From assembly GCF_009931435.1 (NCBI RefSeq), contig NZ_CP043414.1: 64,000 nt of DNA, one strand, 5' to 3'. Shown piece by piece: positions 9,696 through 20,954 of the stretch (the first letter of the stretch is position 1; the number at the start of each line of letters is the position of its first letter). The translations under genes and the position numbers were made by a program. The notes under the pieces are model-generated. The model searched no databases and had not been told where the DNA came from. It saw only the letters and a list, made by a program, of their open reading frames with translations. Source of the stretch: Escherichia coli (GTDB lineage: Bacteria; Pseudomonadota; Gammaproteobacteria; Enterobacterales; Enterobacteriaceae).

Positions 9696-10820
9696 TTAGT
9701 CCTTAAACACCTGCGCCAGCAGATTATGGAAATGGGCGATACCATGTTCGGAAATGCCACTACCGCTACTGTCGGCCATGATGCGCCCCTGACCACGGTA
9801 GCCACGCGATTTCAGCCCTTTCTGTACGCTTTCAACCAGACGTAAATCTTCCGGGCGGAACACATCGCGATACCACTCAATCAACGATTTTTGCTCGTCA
9901 GTTAACTCTTTATTGGTGAAGTAAATATCGTAGTTTTGCAGGGTGGTTTCAGAATCTACAGGGAATTCATAAATGACCGTCATCATCCCTTTGATCGGTG
10001 TGACGTTCAGCATGGTGCACGGCCACAGCCAGAAACCGTGGAATGCCGCATCCGTACCTTCTTCAAATTTAAAAGATTGTTCGGATGGTTTGGCAAAGCC
10101 GTATTGCAGCGTCCAGTTGCCGTGCATGGTGTGCCAGTAACGGTCAACCTGAACGGAGTCAGAAAAGCCTGGATGTGCCGGACCACAGTGATAGCACTCA
10201 AGATAGTTATCGACAATGTTCTTCCAGTTGGCAGGCGTGCGGGTGGTAAAGCGGGCCGCTAGTTTCAGATCGTGGACTTCCGGGCAGGCTTCCAGCACTT
10301 TTGCCCCCAGACCAGGTAACTGATCTTCCACGCTGGTGGCGTTAGGGTCCATGTTGATGAAGACGAATCCGGCATACTCTTCCAGACGCACCGGGACCAG
10401 TTGCGCTTTGTCGCTGTCGAAATTAGCGACGTTTTCGCAGTTACGCGCATGGGCCAGGTTGCCATCGAGTTTGAATGCCCAGGCGTGATACGGGCAGGTA
10501 ATCACATTTTTCGCTTTCCCTTCGCCGCTCAATAACTGATGACCACGGTGCGGGCAAACGTTATAGAACGCGCGCAAAACCTTATCACGACCGCGTACCA
10601 GAACAATGCTTTCGCCAATGATCTCACGCGTCACGTAATCATTGGCATTCACCAGTTCGCTATTGTGAGCGACGCAAATCCAGCTTTTGGCGAAGACGTT
10701 CTCTTTTTCATGTTCAAAGGCGTTCTGATCGGTATAGAAACGGGCCGGAATAGTCCATGCTTCTTGCGGGTTGGCGCAAAAATTTTCAGGTAGTACTAAG
10801 TCAGGGCTCAGATTGCTCAT
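9696..10820 (-). CDS. yeaW: Carnitine monooxygenase oxygenase subunit (Rieske non-heme iron oxygenase, CntA-like)
   Basis: 374-aa ORF; Rieske motif CPHRGHQ...CPYHAW. Confidence 0.9.
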   Translation of the reverse strand: MSNLSPDLVLPENFCANPQEAWTIPARFYTDQNAFEHEKENVFAKSWICVAHNSELVNANDYVTREIIGESIVLVRGRDKVLRAFYNVCPHRGHQLLSGEGKAKNVITCPYHAWAFKLDGNLAHARNCENVANFDSDKAQLVPVRLEEYAGFVFINMDPNATSVEDQLPGLGAKVLEACPEVHDLKLAARFTTRTPANWKNIVDNYLECYHCGPAHPGFSDSVQVDRYWHTMHGNWTLQYGFAKPSEQSFKFEEGTDAAFHGFWLWPCTMLNVTPIKGMMTVIYEFPVDSETTLQNYDIYFTNKELTDEQKSLIEWYRDVFRPEDLRLVESVQKGLKSRGYRGQGRIMADSSGSGISEHGIAHFHNLLAQVFKD

Positions 10821-10851
10821 AGGGATACCTTTATCGTTAGGATGATGGCGT

Positions 10852-12462
10852 TCAGTTGTCGCCTTTGAATACCGTTCCTGCCGGGATCAGCGGATTTTTT
10901 TCCGATGCTTCTACCGGTGTCTGCGGGAGATAATCTTCAACTTGATGAGCCGGGATATCGGCGTAATCCTGCTTCAGCCAGCGAATAAATCCACCGACTT
11001 TCACCAGTAAAATAACGAGGAAGGGCAGGGCTGTTAGTACCACAGTGGTTTTCATGGTTTCCAGCGATGCGCCAGTAAATAAGATAGACAGTGGGATCAG
11101 GGTGATCACCACGCACCAGAATAGGCGAAGACCACGGTCAGGGTCGTCACCTTCCTGAAGATTTCGCGTACTGGTCGCCGCCATAGTGTAGGCCACCGCA
11201 TCCATATGCGAGGCAAGGAAAATAATCATCACGCCCAGGTATGCGGCGAGGAATAATTTACCGGCTGGCAATGACATCAGAACTTGTTGAACGGCAGTTT
11301 CACCGCCCAACGTTTCCAGCACTTGCGGGACGTTGATCACGCCATTGATAAACTGATGAATAGCATAGCTTTCCATTACGCCGAAGAAGAACCAGCAGCC
11401 GACGGTGCTTCCGAGGATCAAGCCCCAAATAACTTCTTTGATCTTACGACCACGCGATACGCGAGTGACAAACATTGCTACGCCGGGCGTGTAAGAGATC
11501 CACCAGAGCCAGTAGAAAACGGTCCAGTTGCGGGTAAATAAACCATCGCCAAGTGGATCGGTAAATAAACTCATTTGCAGGAAGTTTTGGGTGGTCAGGC
11601 CGATGGCATTGATGATGCTGTTGGTAATAAATTCGGTTGGGCCGACAATCAGGACCAGCAATGGCAGAAGGAACGCCCCCCAGCCGACCATTTTGCTCAG
11701 ACGTTGCAAACCGTTGTTGATACCAATCCACGAGCTTAGGCAAAAAATGCCGCCGGAAAGCAGGATAACAAAAGCCTGAACGGTGAAGTTATCTGGTAAA
11801 CCGGTCAGTGCGGAAAGTCCACGAGTAAAGGTTGCGGCGGTGACGACCAGGGAAATAGTCAGCGCACCGACAGTGGCGATCAGGAACATCAAATCAACCA
11901 GTTTTCCCCACGGGCCTTGCGGACGAACGCCGGTAATAGCAGCAATAATGCCGGAAAGGCTCAGCCCTTTATTTTTCCGCACATGAAAGTGATAAGCCAT
12001 GATTAATGAGGCCAGCGTATAAGTTGCCCAGGCGCTGATGCCCCAGTGGAAGAAGGAGTAGGGAACGCTAAATTCGAGTGCCTGTTGTGAACGCGGTGCG
12101 ATATTTAATCCAGGCGTTTGATAATAATAGGCCCATTCAGCAACCCCCCAATAAAGCGTAGAAGAACCTAAACCTGCACAAATAAACATAAACAGCCAGG
12201 AGAGCGTGCTGTATTCCGGTTTTCCTTCGCCAAGACGAATATTGCCGTATTTACTGGTGGCTAAATAAATCACCAGTCCCATTGCCAGCAAAACCAATAC
12301 CTGTACGGCGGAACCTAACGTACGCGTGACAAAAGTGTATATAGCGTTGGCCGCGTCGGCCGATTGTTGTGGGAAAAGGCTTAATGCAGCTGCGATGAAA
12401 AGAATGGCCACCAGGCTGATGCTTATCAACGGCACATCTTTTTTCTTAACATTGCTCATCAT
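10852..12462 (-). CDS. yeaV: BCCT-family betaine/carnitine/choline transporter
   Basis: 536-aa ORF, multiple TM segments; true start may be an internal Met. Confidence 0.8.
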   Translation of the reverse strand: MMSNVKKKDVPLISISLVAILFIAAALSLFPQQSADAANAIYTFVTRTLGSAVQVLVLLAMGLVIYLATSKYGNIRLGEGKPEYSTLSWLFMFICAGLGSSTLYWGVAEWAYYYQTPGLNIAPRSQQALEFSVPYSFFHWGISAWATYTLASLIMAYHFHVRKNKGLSLSGIIAAITGVRPQGPWGKLVDLMFLIATVGALTISLVVTAATFTRGLSALTGLPDNFTVQAFVILLSGGIFCLSSWIGINNGLQRLSKMVGWGAFLLPLLVLIVGPTEFITNSIINAIGLTTQNFLQMSLFTDPLGDGLFTRNWTVFYWLWWISYTPGVAMFVTRVSRGRKIKEVIWGLILGSTVGCWFFFGVMESYAIHQFINGVINVPQVLETLGGETAVQQVLMSLPAGKLFLAAYLGVMIIFLASHMDAVAYTMAATSTRNLQEGDDPDRGLRLFWCVVITLIPLSILFTGASLETMKTTVVLTALPFLVILLVKVGGFIRWLKQDYADIPAHQVEDYLPQTPVEASEKNPLIPAGTVFKGDN

Positions 12463-12663
12463 GAGTCATCTCCTGGGCATAAAAGCCCGTCTCTGGCTTT
12501 TGCCAGTTGTAATTATTTGCAGGGTATGAGTTGTATGTTGTGTTTAACAAATTGATTATTTACATGTTACATAAATTAAACAATTAAGAATACGGAAAGC
12601 CATAAAACACGAAACGGAAACAATAAAAGGTGAAATGACGCAGGTTATTTACTGCAAAGAACG

Positions 12664-12691
12664 AATAAAAAAACCGCGTCAGTGACGCGGT
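12664..12691 (-). terminator. Rho-independent terminator of dmlA
   Basis: On minus strand: accgcgtcactgacgcggt hairpin followed by T7. Confidence 0.65.
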
Positions 12692-12711
12692 TCAAATAAA
12701 CTGGTTTGACC

Positions 12712-13797
12712 TTAACGCAAAATAATTTTGCAAATCGCGTCGGCAACCTGTGGCGTGGTGGCATTGCCTTTCATATCAGGTGTTTTCGGACCGTGAGCAA
12801 TCACTTCTTCAATCGCGGCCAGAATACCGTTGTGTGCTTGCCGGAAACGCTCATCGCCATTGCCGAGGAAATCAAGCATCATTGCACCGGCCCAAATCGT
12901 GGCGATAGGGTTAGCAATATTTTTCCCGTAGATATCCGGCGCGGAACCGTGGACTGGCTCGAAGAGCGACGGGAAAGTGCGTTCCGGATTCAGGTTGGCG
13001 GATGGGGCAATGCCGATGGTGCCGGTGCAGGCCGGGCCAAGATCGGAAAGAATATCGCCAAACAAATTAGACGCCACCACCACATCGAAGCGTTCCGGCT
13101 GCATCACAAAACGTGCGCAGAGAATATCAATATGCTGCTTGTCCCAGCGGATCTCCGGGTAATTCTCAGCCATTGCTTCCACTCGCTCATCCCAGTACGG
13201 CATGCTGATGGCTAAACCGTTCGATTTAGTGGCAGAAGTTAGCGTCTTACGTGGGCGGCTTTGCGCAAGTTCAAAGGCATAGCGCAAAATACGATCGACA
13301 CCACGACGAGTAAATACCGATTCCTGAATGACGACTTCATGCTCTGTACCTTCATTCACTCTACCGCCGAGCGAGGAATATTCGCCTTCGGTGTTTTCCC
13401 TGACCACGTAAAAATCGATGTCGCCAGGCTGTTTTCCCGCCAGCGGGCAGGGAACGCCAGGAAAGAGACGAACCGGGCGCAGGTTGACGTACTGGTCGAA
13501 CTCACGACGAAATTTCAGCAGCGAACCCCACAACGAAATATGGTCCGGAACGGTATCCGGCCAGCCGACGGCACCAAAATAGATGGCGTCGAAACGGCTA
13601 AGTTGCTCATGCCAGTCGTCCGGCATCATTTTACCGTGATGGCTGTAATACTCGCAGCTCGCCCACTCCATTTGCTCAAAACTCAAGGCGAAGCCCCAGC
13701 GCTCAGCGGCAGCCTGTAACACGCGAATCCCTTCAGGAAGGACTTCTTTGCCAATCCCGTCTCCCGGGATCGCAGCAATACGCATCGTTTTCATCAT
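12712..13797 (-). CDS. dmlA: D-malate dehydrogenase (decarboxylating), isocitrate/isopropylmalate dehydrogenase family
   Basis: 361-aa ORF MMKTMRIAAIPGDGIGKEV... Confidence 0.9.
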   Translation of the reverse strand: MMKTMRIAAIPGDGIGKEVLPEGIRVLQAAAERWGFALSFEQMEWASCEYYSHHGKMMPDDWHEQLSRFDAIYFGAVGWPDTVPDHISLWGSLLKFRREFDQYVNLRPVRLFPGVPCPLAGKQPGDIDFYVVRENTEGEYSSLGGRVNEGTEHEVVIQESVFTRRGVDRILRYAFELAQSRPRKTLTSATKSNGLAISMPYWDERVEAMAENYPEIRWDKQHIDILCARFVMQPERFDVVVASNLFGDILSDLGPACTGTIGIAPSANLNPERTFPSLFEPVHGSAPDIYGKNIANPIATIWAGAMMLDFLGNGDERFRQAHNGILAAIEEVIAHGPKTPDMKGNATTPQVADAICKIILR

Positions 13798-13899
13798 TGG
13801 GTTCTCACTTCCTGACCATCAAAATTGACAATACCCTCATCCTATAATTGACTGAAAAGGAATTAATCCCCGTAACTGGTGAAACATAAAACACGAATC

Positions 13900-14823
13900 A
13901 TGAATAATTTACCGCTGCTGAACGATTTGCGCGTCTTTATGCTGGTGGCTCGCCGGGCTGGTTTTGCCTCCGTGGCAGAAGAATTGGGTGTTTCACCGGC
14001 TTTTGTCAGCAAACGCATTGCCTTGCTGGAACAAACGCTAAATGTGGTGTTGTTACACCGTACCACCCGCCGCGTCACTATTACCGAAGAAGGAGAGCGG
14101 ATTTATGAATGGGCGCAGCGGATTTTGCAGGATGTCGGCCAGATGATGGACGAGCTTTCTGACGTGCGTCAGGTGCCGCAGGGGATGTTGCGTATTATCA
14201 GCAGCTTTGGTTTTGGACGGCAGGTGGTGGCTCCGGCGTTATCGGCGTTGGCGAAGGCGTATCCGCAACTGGAGTTACGTTTTGATGTGGAAGACCGACT
14301 GGTCGATTTGGTCAATGAAGGTGTTGATCTCGATATTCGTATTGGTGATGACATTGCACCTAACTTAATCGCCCGCAAACTGGCGACCAATTACCGTATT
14401 CTCTGCGCATCGCCGGAATTTATTGCGCAATATGGCACGCCGAAACATTTAACCGACCTTTCTGCATTGCCGTGCCTGGTCATTAAAGAGCGCGATCATC
14501 CTTTTGGTATCTGGCAATTACGCAATAAAGAAGGCCACCATGCGATTAAAGTCACCGGCCCGCTGTCGTCTAATCATGGAGAAATTGTTCATCAGTGGTG
14601 TCTTGATGGTCAGGGGATTGCGCTACGCTCCTGGTGGGATGTCAGCGAAAATATTGCCAGTGGTCATTTAGTGCAAGTGCTACCGGAGTATTACCAGCCA
14701 GCAAATGTCTGGGCCGTTTATGTTTCAAGGCTGGCGACGTCAGCGAAAGTGCGGATAACGGTAGAATTTTTACGCCAGTATTTTGCCGAGCACTACCCGA
14801 ATTTTTCACTGGACCACGCCTGA
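13900..14823 (+). CDS. dmlR: LysR-family transcriptional regulator of dmlA
   Basis: ORF 13879..14823; start set at MNNLPLLNDLRVF; divergent from dmlA. Confidence 0.85.
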   Translation: MNNLPLLNDLRVFMLVARRAGFASVAEELGVSPAFVSKRIALLEQTLNVVLLHRTTRRVTITEEGERIYEWAQRILQDVGQMMDELSDVRQVPQGMLRIISSFGFGRQVVAPALSALAKAYPQLELRFDVEDRLVDLVNEGVDLDIRIGDDIAPNLIARKLATNYRILCASPEFIAQYGTPKHLTDLSALPCLVIKERDHPFGIWQLRNKEGHHAIKVTGPLSSNHGEIVHQWCLDGQGIALRSWWDVSENIASGHLVQVLPEYYQPANVWAVYVSRLATSAKVRITVEFLRQYFAEHYPNFSLDHA

Positions 14824-14931
14824 TTAATGATTCAATTATCGTGTTGATATCAGGTTAAACCCTGATTTTCTCCTTTCTAAGCCGCTAGAGATTGGTTAGC
14901 ATATTCACCTTTAATCGCGCATGATCGATAG

Positions 14932-15588
<657 letters not shown>

Positions 15589-15760
15589 TGCATTCAGCCC
15601 GCGTTGTCGCGGGCTTCCAACCTGTAATCCTCCCTGATTCTTCTCTGATACGGTGCTAAATAGTAACCAATAAATGGTATTTAAAATGCAAATTATCAGG
15701 CGTACCCTGAAACGGCTGAAATAAACCGTTTTCAGCGCATTCACCGAAGGAGGGAAAAGG

Positions 15761-16120
15761 ATGCTGCAAATCCCACAGAATTATATTCATACGCGCTCAA
15801 CGCCTTTCTGGAATAAACAAACTGCGCCTGCCGGAATATTCGAACGTCATCTTGATAAAGGAACGCGCCCAGGGGTATACCCACGCCTTTCCGTTATGCA
15901 TGGGGCGGTCAAATATCTCGGCTACGCTGATGAACACAGTACAGAGCCTGATCAAGTGATCCTTATCGAAGCGGGGCAGTTTGCGGTGTTCCCTCCAGAA
16001 AAGTGGCACAACATTGAAGCCATGACTGACGACACTTATTTCAACATTGACTTCTTCGTTGCTCCTGAAGTCCTGATGGAAGGCGCGCAACAACGAAAAG
16101 TCATTCATAACGGGAAATGA
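15761..16120 (+). CDS. yeaR: DUF1971 protein YeaR
   Basis: 119-aa ORF; forms a pair with yoaG 3 bp downstream. Confidence 0.85.
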   Translation: MLQIPQNYIHTRSTPFWNKQTAPAGIFERHLDKGTRPGVYPRLSVMHGAVKYLGYADEHSTEPDQVILIEAGQFAVFPPEKWHNIEAMTDDTYFNIDFFVAPEVLMEGAQQRKVIHNGK

Positions 16121-16123
16121 ATC

Positions 16124-16306
16124 ATGGGCAAAGCAACGTATACCGTGACCGTCACCAATAACAGTAATGGCGTTTCTGTCGATTATGAAACAGAGACGCC
16201 GATGACTTTGCTGGTGCCAGAAGTGGCGGCTGAAGTGATAAAAGATCTGGTGAATACCGTGCGTTCTTATGACACGGAAAACGAACATGATGTTTGTGGT
16301 TGGTAA
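16124..16306 (+). CDS. yoaG: DUF1869 protein YoaG
   Basis: 60-aa ORF MGKATYTVTVTNNSNGVSVDYETE... Confidence 0.8.
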   Translation: MGKATYTVTVTNNSNGVSVDYETETPMTLLVPEVAAEVIKDLVNTVRSYDTENEHDVCGW

Positions 16307-16453
16307 TTATCACTGATCGTAGATGGCGCAATTTCTGCGCCATCGCAAAAAAATCCTCCGTGATGCTTGTCACAAATCTTGCCCTCCTGATGTTGTGCTA
16401 TGCTTTTTATCAGCGACTAACCCGCTAATGCAAAACAGATAAGTGAGGAAACA

Positions 16454-16702
16454 ATGGGCATTCTGTCATGGATTATTTTTGGGCTTATTGCCGGTATTCT
16501 GGCGAAGTGGATCATGCCAGGTAAAGATGGTGGTGGATTCTTTATGACTATCCTGCTGGGGATAGTCGGTGCCGTAGTCGGCGGATGGATCAGCACGCTG
16601 TTTGGCTTTGGTAAAGTCGATGGCTTCAATTTTGGCAGCTTCGTGGTTGCCGTTATTGGTGCGATTGTCGTGCTGTTTATCTACAGAAAGATCAAAAGTT
16701 AA
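16454..16702 (+). CDS. yeaQ: GlsB/YeaQ/YmgE-family small membrane protein
   Basis: 82-aa ORF, glycine-rich TM helices. Confidence 0.85.
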   Translation: MGILSWIIFGLIAGILAKWIMPGKDGGGFFMTILLGIVGAVVGGWISTLFGFGKVDGFNFGSFVVAVIGAIVVLFIYRKIKS

Positions 16703-16760
16703 CGCGTAAATTGCACAAAGGCTGCACACAGGCAGCCTTTGCTATTTTTTAGATGTGACG

Positions 16761-16835
16761 TTACCACCATCCCAACTCAGTGCCGAGAACGACAATAATC
16801 GCTACGCCCATCATAATAATCGTTGTTTTTTTCAT
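16761..16835 (-). CDS. yoaJ: Small membrane protein YoaJ (24 aa)
   Basis: Hand translation of minus strand: MKKTTIIMMGVAIIVVLGTELGWW; not in ORF track. Confidence 0.75.
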   Translation of the reverse strand: MKKTTIIMMGVAIIVVLGTELGWW

Positions 16836-16837
16836 CT

Positions 16838-16936
16838 TTATGCTCCCGGGGCAGCATAGCCGCCAATAAAAAACCATGCTAAAAATACGACCGCTGTAAT
16901 AAAGATTACAACCGGAAAAATAATACCGATTCGCAT
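16838..16936 (-). CDS. yoaK: Small membrane protein YoaK (32 aa)
   Basis: Hand translation of minus strand: MRIGIIFPVVIFITAVVFLAWFFIGGYAAPGA; stop lies 2 bp upstream of the yoaJ start. Confidence 0.75.
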   Translation of the reverse strand: MRIGIIFPVVIFITAVVFLAWFFIGGYAAPGA

Positions 16937-16968
16937 GTTATCACCAATCAAAAGGATGTGAATACGCC

Positions 16969-17994
16969 TCAGGAATGTAGCGCTGAATGCGCGACAAAAG
17001 GTGTTTTCTGTTTGTGTTTTTTCTCCTGATACATCGCGATATCGGCAGCATGCAGGGCGCTGTCTGCATCGGTCGTTTCAGGATCGACTTCTACTATGCC
17101 AAGACTGGCACCAGGATAATACAAATCAACATCACCTAAGTGATATTCTCCGCGTATTTGCTGTTGAATACGTTCTCGCAGCGATGGAATATCCGCATTC
17201 TCATTGTTCAGTGAAACAACCAAAAACTCATCACCGCCGAGACGACCAATAACTTCGCCATTTTGCTGGAGCGTATTAAGGCGCTCGCCAACCTGAATAA
17301 GAAACAGATCGCCACTATTATGACCAAAACGATCATTGATTAATTTGAAGTTATCCAGATCGATAAATGCGATCATTATCTTATGGTTAAGATGCCTCGC
17401 AAGAGAAAACAGCGTCGTCAGGTTTTCAAAAATCGCCCGCCGATTCGGTAGCCCGGTTAACGAGTCGGTATACGATTGCGCAATCAGTGCGGCATTGGCT
17501 TCGCGCAGCTGTTCAACCAGCGCCTCTTTTTGAATATATTGTGCAATCAGTCCGGCGAATAACTGCAAAACCTGTTCCGCGCGTTCACTCCACTGGCGCT
17601 TCTCACTGCTGGCGGCGCAAAGCGTGCCATAGAATGATCCATCCGGTAAGTGAATTGGCGTGCTCAGAAATGTGGTGATGCCAAGATTGCGTGCCGCAAT
17701 ACAGTCGCCCCAACGGTCGGGGACTTCATCGCTGAAAAAGCAGTTTTCATCAATGGCGCGTTTGCATAACGAGTAATCCCACGAGACGGTAAAATTCTCC
17801 GGGATGTGCATTTTCTGGCTGTTACGGGCAAACATTATATGCTGCAGGCGCGCTTCGACATCCACTTTGGTCAGGTAGGTTGATTCCATATCAGTGACCA
17901 TTTCCAGCATCTCCAGAAGCTGTCGGACCAGGCTTTCCAGTGACTGTTCTTTGGCAAGGGATTGCGAGACGCGGGCGATAATCTGATCTGACAC
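16969..17994 (-). CDS. dgcP: Diguanylate cyclase, GAF-GGDEF
   Basis: ORF 16969..18123; start set at in-frame GTG (VSDQIIARV) for 341 aa; intact RLGGDEF motif. Confidence 0.85.
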   Translation of the reverse strand: MSDQIIARVSQSLAKEQSLESLVRQLLEMLEMVTDMESTYLTKVDVEARLQHIMFARNSQKMHIPENFTVSWDYSLCKRAIDENCFFSDEVPDRWGDCIAARNLGITTFLSTPIHLPDGSFYGTLCAASSEKRQWSERAEQVLQLFAGLIAQYIQKEALVEQLREANAALIAQSYTDSLTGLPNRRAIFENLTTLFSLARHLNHKIMIAFIDLDNFKLINDRFGHNSGDLFLIQVGERLNTLQQNGEVIGRLGGDEFLVVSLNNENADIPSLRERIQQQIRGEYHLGDVDLYYPGASLGIVEVDPETTDADSALHAADIAMYQEKKHKQKTPFVAHSALHS

Positions 17995-18176
17995 GAAACA
18001 ACTCCAGGATACGGCGGGTAAATGCTGATTATTTAATCTTTGCAGGCATGATAAAACATCAACAACAAAGATGAAACAAGGCGTAATATGATTTGAGTGA
18101 ATGTAATAAAAATAGTGCTGCAAAACAAAACGATACCGCGATACTCTAAGCCTGGATAAATATGTGAGATCAATAA

Positions 18177-18431
18177 ATGAAAATTATCAGTTTTGTTCTG
18201 CCTTGCTTGCTGGTCCTGGCTGGTTGTTCAACCCCTTCTCAGCCAGAAGCACCTAAACCGCCGCAGATTGGTATGGCAAATCCGGCGTCGGTCTATTGCC
18301 AGCAGAAGGGCGGGACGCTCATTCCTGTGCAGACAGCGCAAGGGGTCAGCAACAATTGCAAATTACCGGGCGGTGAAACGATTGATGAATGGGCATTGTG
18401 GCGACGGGACCATCCGGCTGGTGAAAAATAA
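18177..18431 (+). CDS. yoaF: DUF333 lipoprotein YoaF
   Basis: 84-aa ORF with LAGC lipobox. Confidence 0.8.
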   Translation: MKIISFVLPCLLVLAGCSTPSQPEAPKPPQIGMANPASVYCQQKGGTLIPVQTAQGVSNNCKLPGGETIDEWALWRRDHPAGEK

Positions 18432-18452
18432 CCGCCGGATGCTGCACTAAAA

Positions 18453-18800
18453 TCACAAGCTACGTAGCCAGTCTGCCAGCACCAGCGCATGGTTCTGCGT
18501 GGTGTTTTTTGCTGAGTAGAGCAGGGTTAGCGGCTGTTTTTTGGCGATGTCTGCCAGCCGCTTTCCTTCTTGCTCGTGTTGCGCCAGTTCTGCAAGATAT
18601 TGCTCGCGAAAGGTTGCAAAATCGACGACTTCGCCGTGAAAGGCTTTGCGCAGTTCCGTTGACGGCGTGATTTCTTTATCCCACTCATCAAGGGCTAAAT
18701 CGGTTTTTTTGATACCACGCGGCCAGAGGCGGTCGACCAGTACGCGATAACCATCGCTCTGTTCAGCCGGATCATAAACGCGTTTGCACTGAATATTCAT
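18453..18800 (-). CDS. yeaO: DUF488 protein YeaO
   Basis: ORF 18453..18821; start set at MNIQCKRVYDP (115 aa). Confidence 0.8.
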   Translation of the reverse strand: MNIQCKRVYDPAEQSDGYRVLVDRLWPRGIKKTDLALDEWDKEITPSTELRKAFHGEVVDFATFREQYLAELAQHEQEGKRLADIAKKQPLTLLYSAKNTTQNHALVLADWLRSL

Positions 18801-18854
18801 CGTATTTGTTCTCCTTTTCACGCATGATTTGTCACGTCACTATAGCACCGGATA

Positions 18855-20036
18855 TTAGCGAATTTCTTTGTCTCTTCCGGCGCAAAGTCCGAAAATCGCC
18901 ATCAGTAGTGAAAGTATTGCAACTCCCATCAGTGGTACGGACCAGTCACCGTTAGCATCGTGTATTTTGCCCATCAGCGGCGGCCCACAGGCTGCCAGCA
19001 AATACCCGACGGATTGTGCCATCCCCGAGAGTGCCGCCGCCTGATGCGCCGAACTTGCCCTCAGACCAATGAACGTCAACCCCAGTATCATTGTTGCGCC
19101 GGAACCAAAACCGAAAAGCAGAGTCCAGGTGATCGCGTGTGCTGGCATAAAGCAGAGCCCAACCGCGCCCACTGCGCACATCAAGGCAACGAACGCTGCA
19201 ATACCACGCTGATCTTTCACATGATGTAAGAAAAGTGGGATCAGCAAACCGGGAGCTGCTGTGGCTAGTTGCAGCAAACCATGCAGTGAACCCGCCTGTG
19301 CTTCGCTATAGCCGTGACTGATGAGGATCGCCGGAAGCCAGCCAATAATCACGTAATAGACGAGTGAGTTGATCCCAAGAAACAATGTTACCTGCCAGGC
19401 AAGCGGCGAACGCCAGATACCCCGAGTATGTAAGGCGCGTGAGGTACTCAAATTTGCATGTTGTTGACTTCGCCACTGTGGCAGCCATAAAAAAAGAGCC
19501 AGCAGAGGAAAACACATCAGCATGAGCAACGCGCCTTGCCAGCCAAAACCGTTCAAAGCCAGCGGCACGACCATAGCCGATCCCAGTGCCGCCGCAGCTC
19601 CCATTGTCAGGGAATATGCGCCGGTAAGTCTGGCGACGGAATGAGGGAAATCGCGTTTAATTAATCCTGGCAGTAAGACATTGCCTAATGCAATCCCACC
19701 GCCAATGACCGCTGTACCGCCAAATAATAAGTAAGGCGAAGGGAGAGAGCGAATTGCAATACCAGCACAGATCAAAAGTAACGCGGCAAACAGGCTACGT
19801 TCCATACCAAAACGTCGCGCCACCGGGGCGGCCAGCGGTGAGATTAGCGCAAAGGCTAATAATGGCAGGGTGGTCAATAAGCCGGTTTGCGCCGTCGTTA
19901 GCGAGTAAGCGGAACGAATCGTATCCAGTAACGGTGCTGCGCCGGTAAAGGTGACGCGTAATGTTGTGGCAATCATCAGAATGCCAGCGATAAGGACAAT
20001 CCTGTTTTTACCGCTTAATGAAGTTGAACAGGTCAT
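18855..20036 (-). CDS. nimT: MFS transporter (2-nitroimidazole exporter NimT)
   Basis: 393-aa ORF, 12-TM MFS-like. Confidence 0.85.
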   Translation of the reverse strand: MTCSTSLSGKNRIVLIAGILMIATTLRVTFTGAAPLLDTIRSAYSLTTAQTGLLTTLPLLAFALISPLAAPVARRFGMERSLFAALLLICAGIAIRSLPSPYLLFGGTAVIGGGIALGNVLLPGLIKRDFPHSVARLTGAYSLTMGAAAALGSAMVVPLALNGFGWQGALLMLMCFPLLALFLWLPQWRSQQHANLSTSRALHTRGIWRSPLAWQVTLFLGINSLVYYVIIGWLPAILISHGYSEAQAGSLHGLLQLATAAPGLLIPLFLHHVKDQRGIAAFVALMCAVGAVGLCFMPAHAITWTLLFGFGSGATMILGLTFIGLRASSAHQAAALSGMAQSVGYLLAACGPPLMGKIHDANGDWSVPLMGVAILSLLMAIFGLCAGRDKEIR

Positions 20037-20132
20037 ATGCTTCTCATTGTTACAAACGAGGCTGTACCTTACCGTTTTTATTGTTATGTTGAATCAAGCT
20101 AAAATGACAAAATATCGCTAAATTCGGACAAA

Positions 20133-20954
20133 ATGATGCACAGGTTGAATCTCAATGGCTATGAACCCGACCGACACCATGAAGCCGCGGTCGCATTTTG
20201 TATTCACGCCGGAACGGATGAGTTAACCAGTTCTGTACATAAGCACCGCAAAGGGCAGTTGATACTGGCACTACATGGTGCAATTACCTGTACGGTGGAA
20301 AATGCTTTGTGGATGGTGCCGCCACAATATGCGGTTTGGATACCGGGCGGGGTGAAACATAGCAATCAAGTGACAGCTAACGCTGAACTCTGTTTTCTGT
20401 TTATCGAACCCAGCGCAGTGACAATGCCGACAACATGTTGCACATTGAAAATATCGCCCTTATGCCGGGAATTAATTTTAACCCTGGCAAACAGGACGAC
20501 GACTCAGCGTGCTGAGCCGATGACCCGCAGATTAATTCAGGTCCTGTTTGATGAACTCCCTCAGCAGCCACAACAACAGCTGCACCTGCCCGTTTCTTCT
20601 CATCCTAAAATCCGCACGATGGTGGAGATGATGGCGAAAGAGCCCGTCGAGTGGGGCTCATTGGGGCAATGGGCTGGCTTTTTTGCGATGAGTGAACGCA
20701 ATCTTGCCCGGCTGATAGTGAAAGAGACGGGGTTGAGTTTTCGCCAGTGGCGTCAGCAGTTACAGCTGATTATGGCGCTTCAGGGATTAGTAAAAGGCGA
20801 TACAGTACAGAAAGTTGCACATACGCTGGGGTATGATTCAACAACGGCCTTTATTACTATGTTTAAGAAAGGCCTGGGGCAAACGCCAGGCCGATATATT
20901 GCGGGATTAACTACTGTTTCCCCACAATCAGCGAAACCAGACCCGCGGCAATAA
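20133..20954 (+). CDS. nimR: AraC-family transcriptional regulator NimR
   Basis: 273-aa ORF with cupin N-domain and AraC HTH C-domain; divergent from nimT. Confidence 0.85.

Noticed and set aside
16322-16352. Stem-loop gatggcgca-atttc-tgcgccatc downstream of yoaG as its terminator
   Set aside because: Followed by an A-tract, not a U-tract, on the plus strand, and on the minus strand the U-tract precedes the hairpin. It does not fit an intrinsic terminator for either strand, so I left it unannotated.
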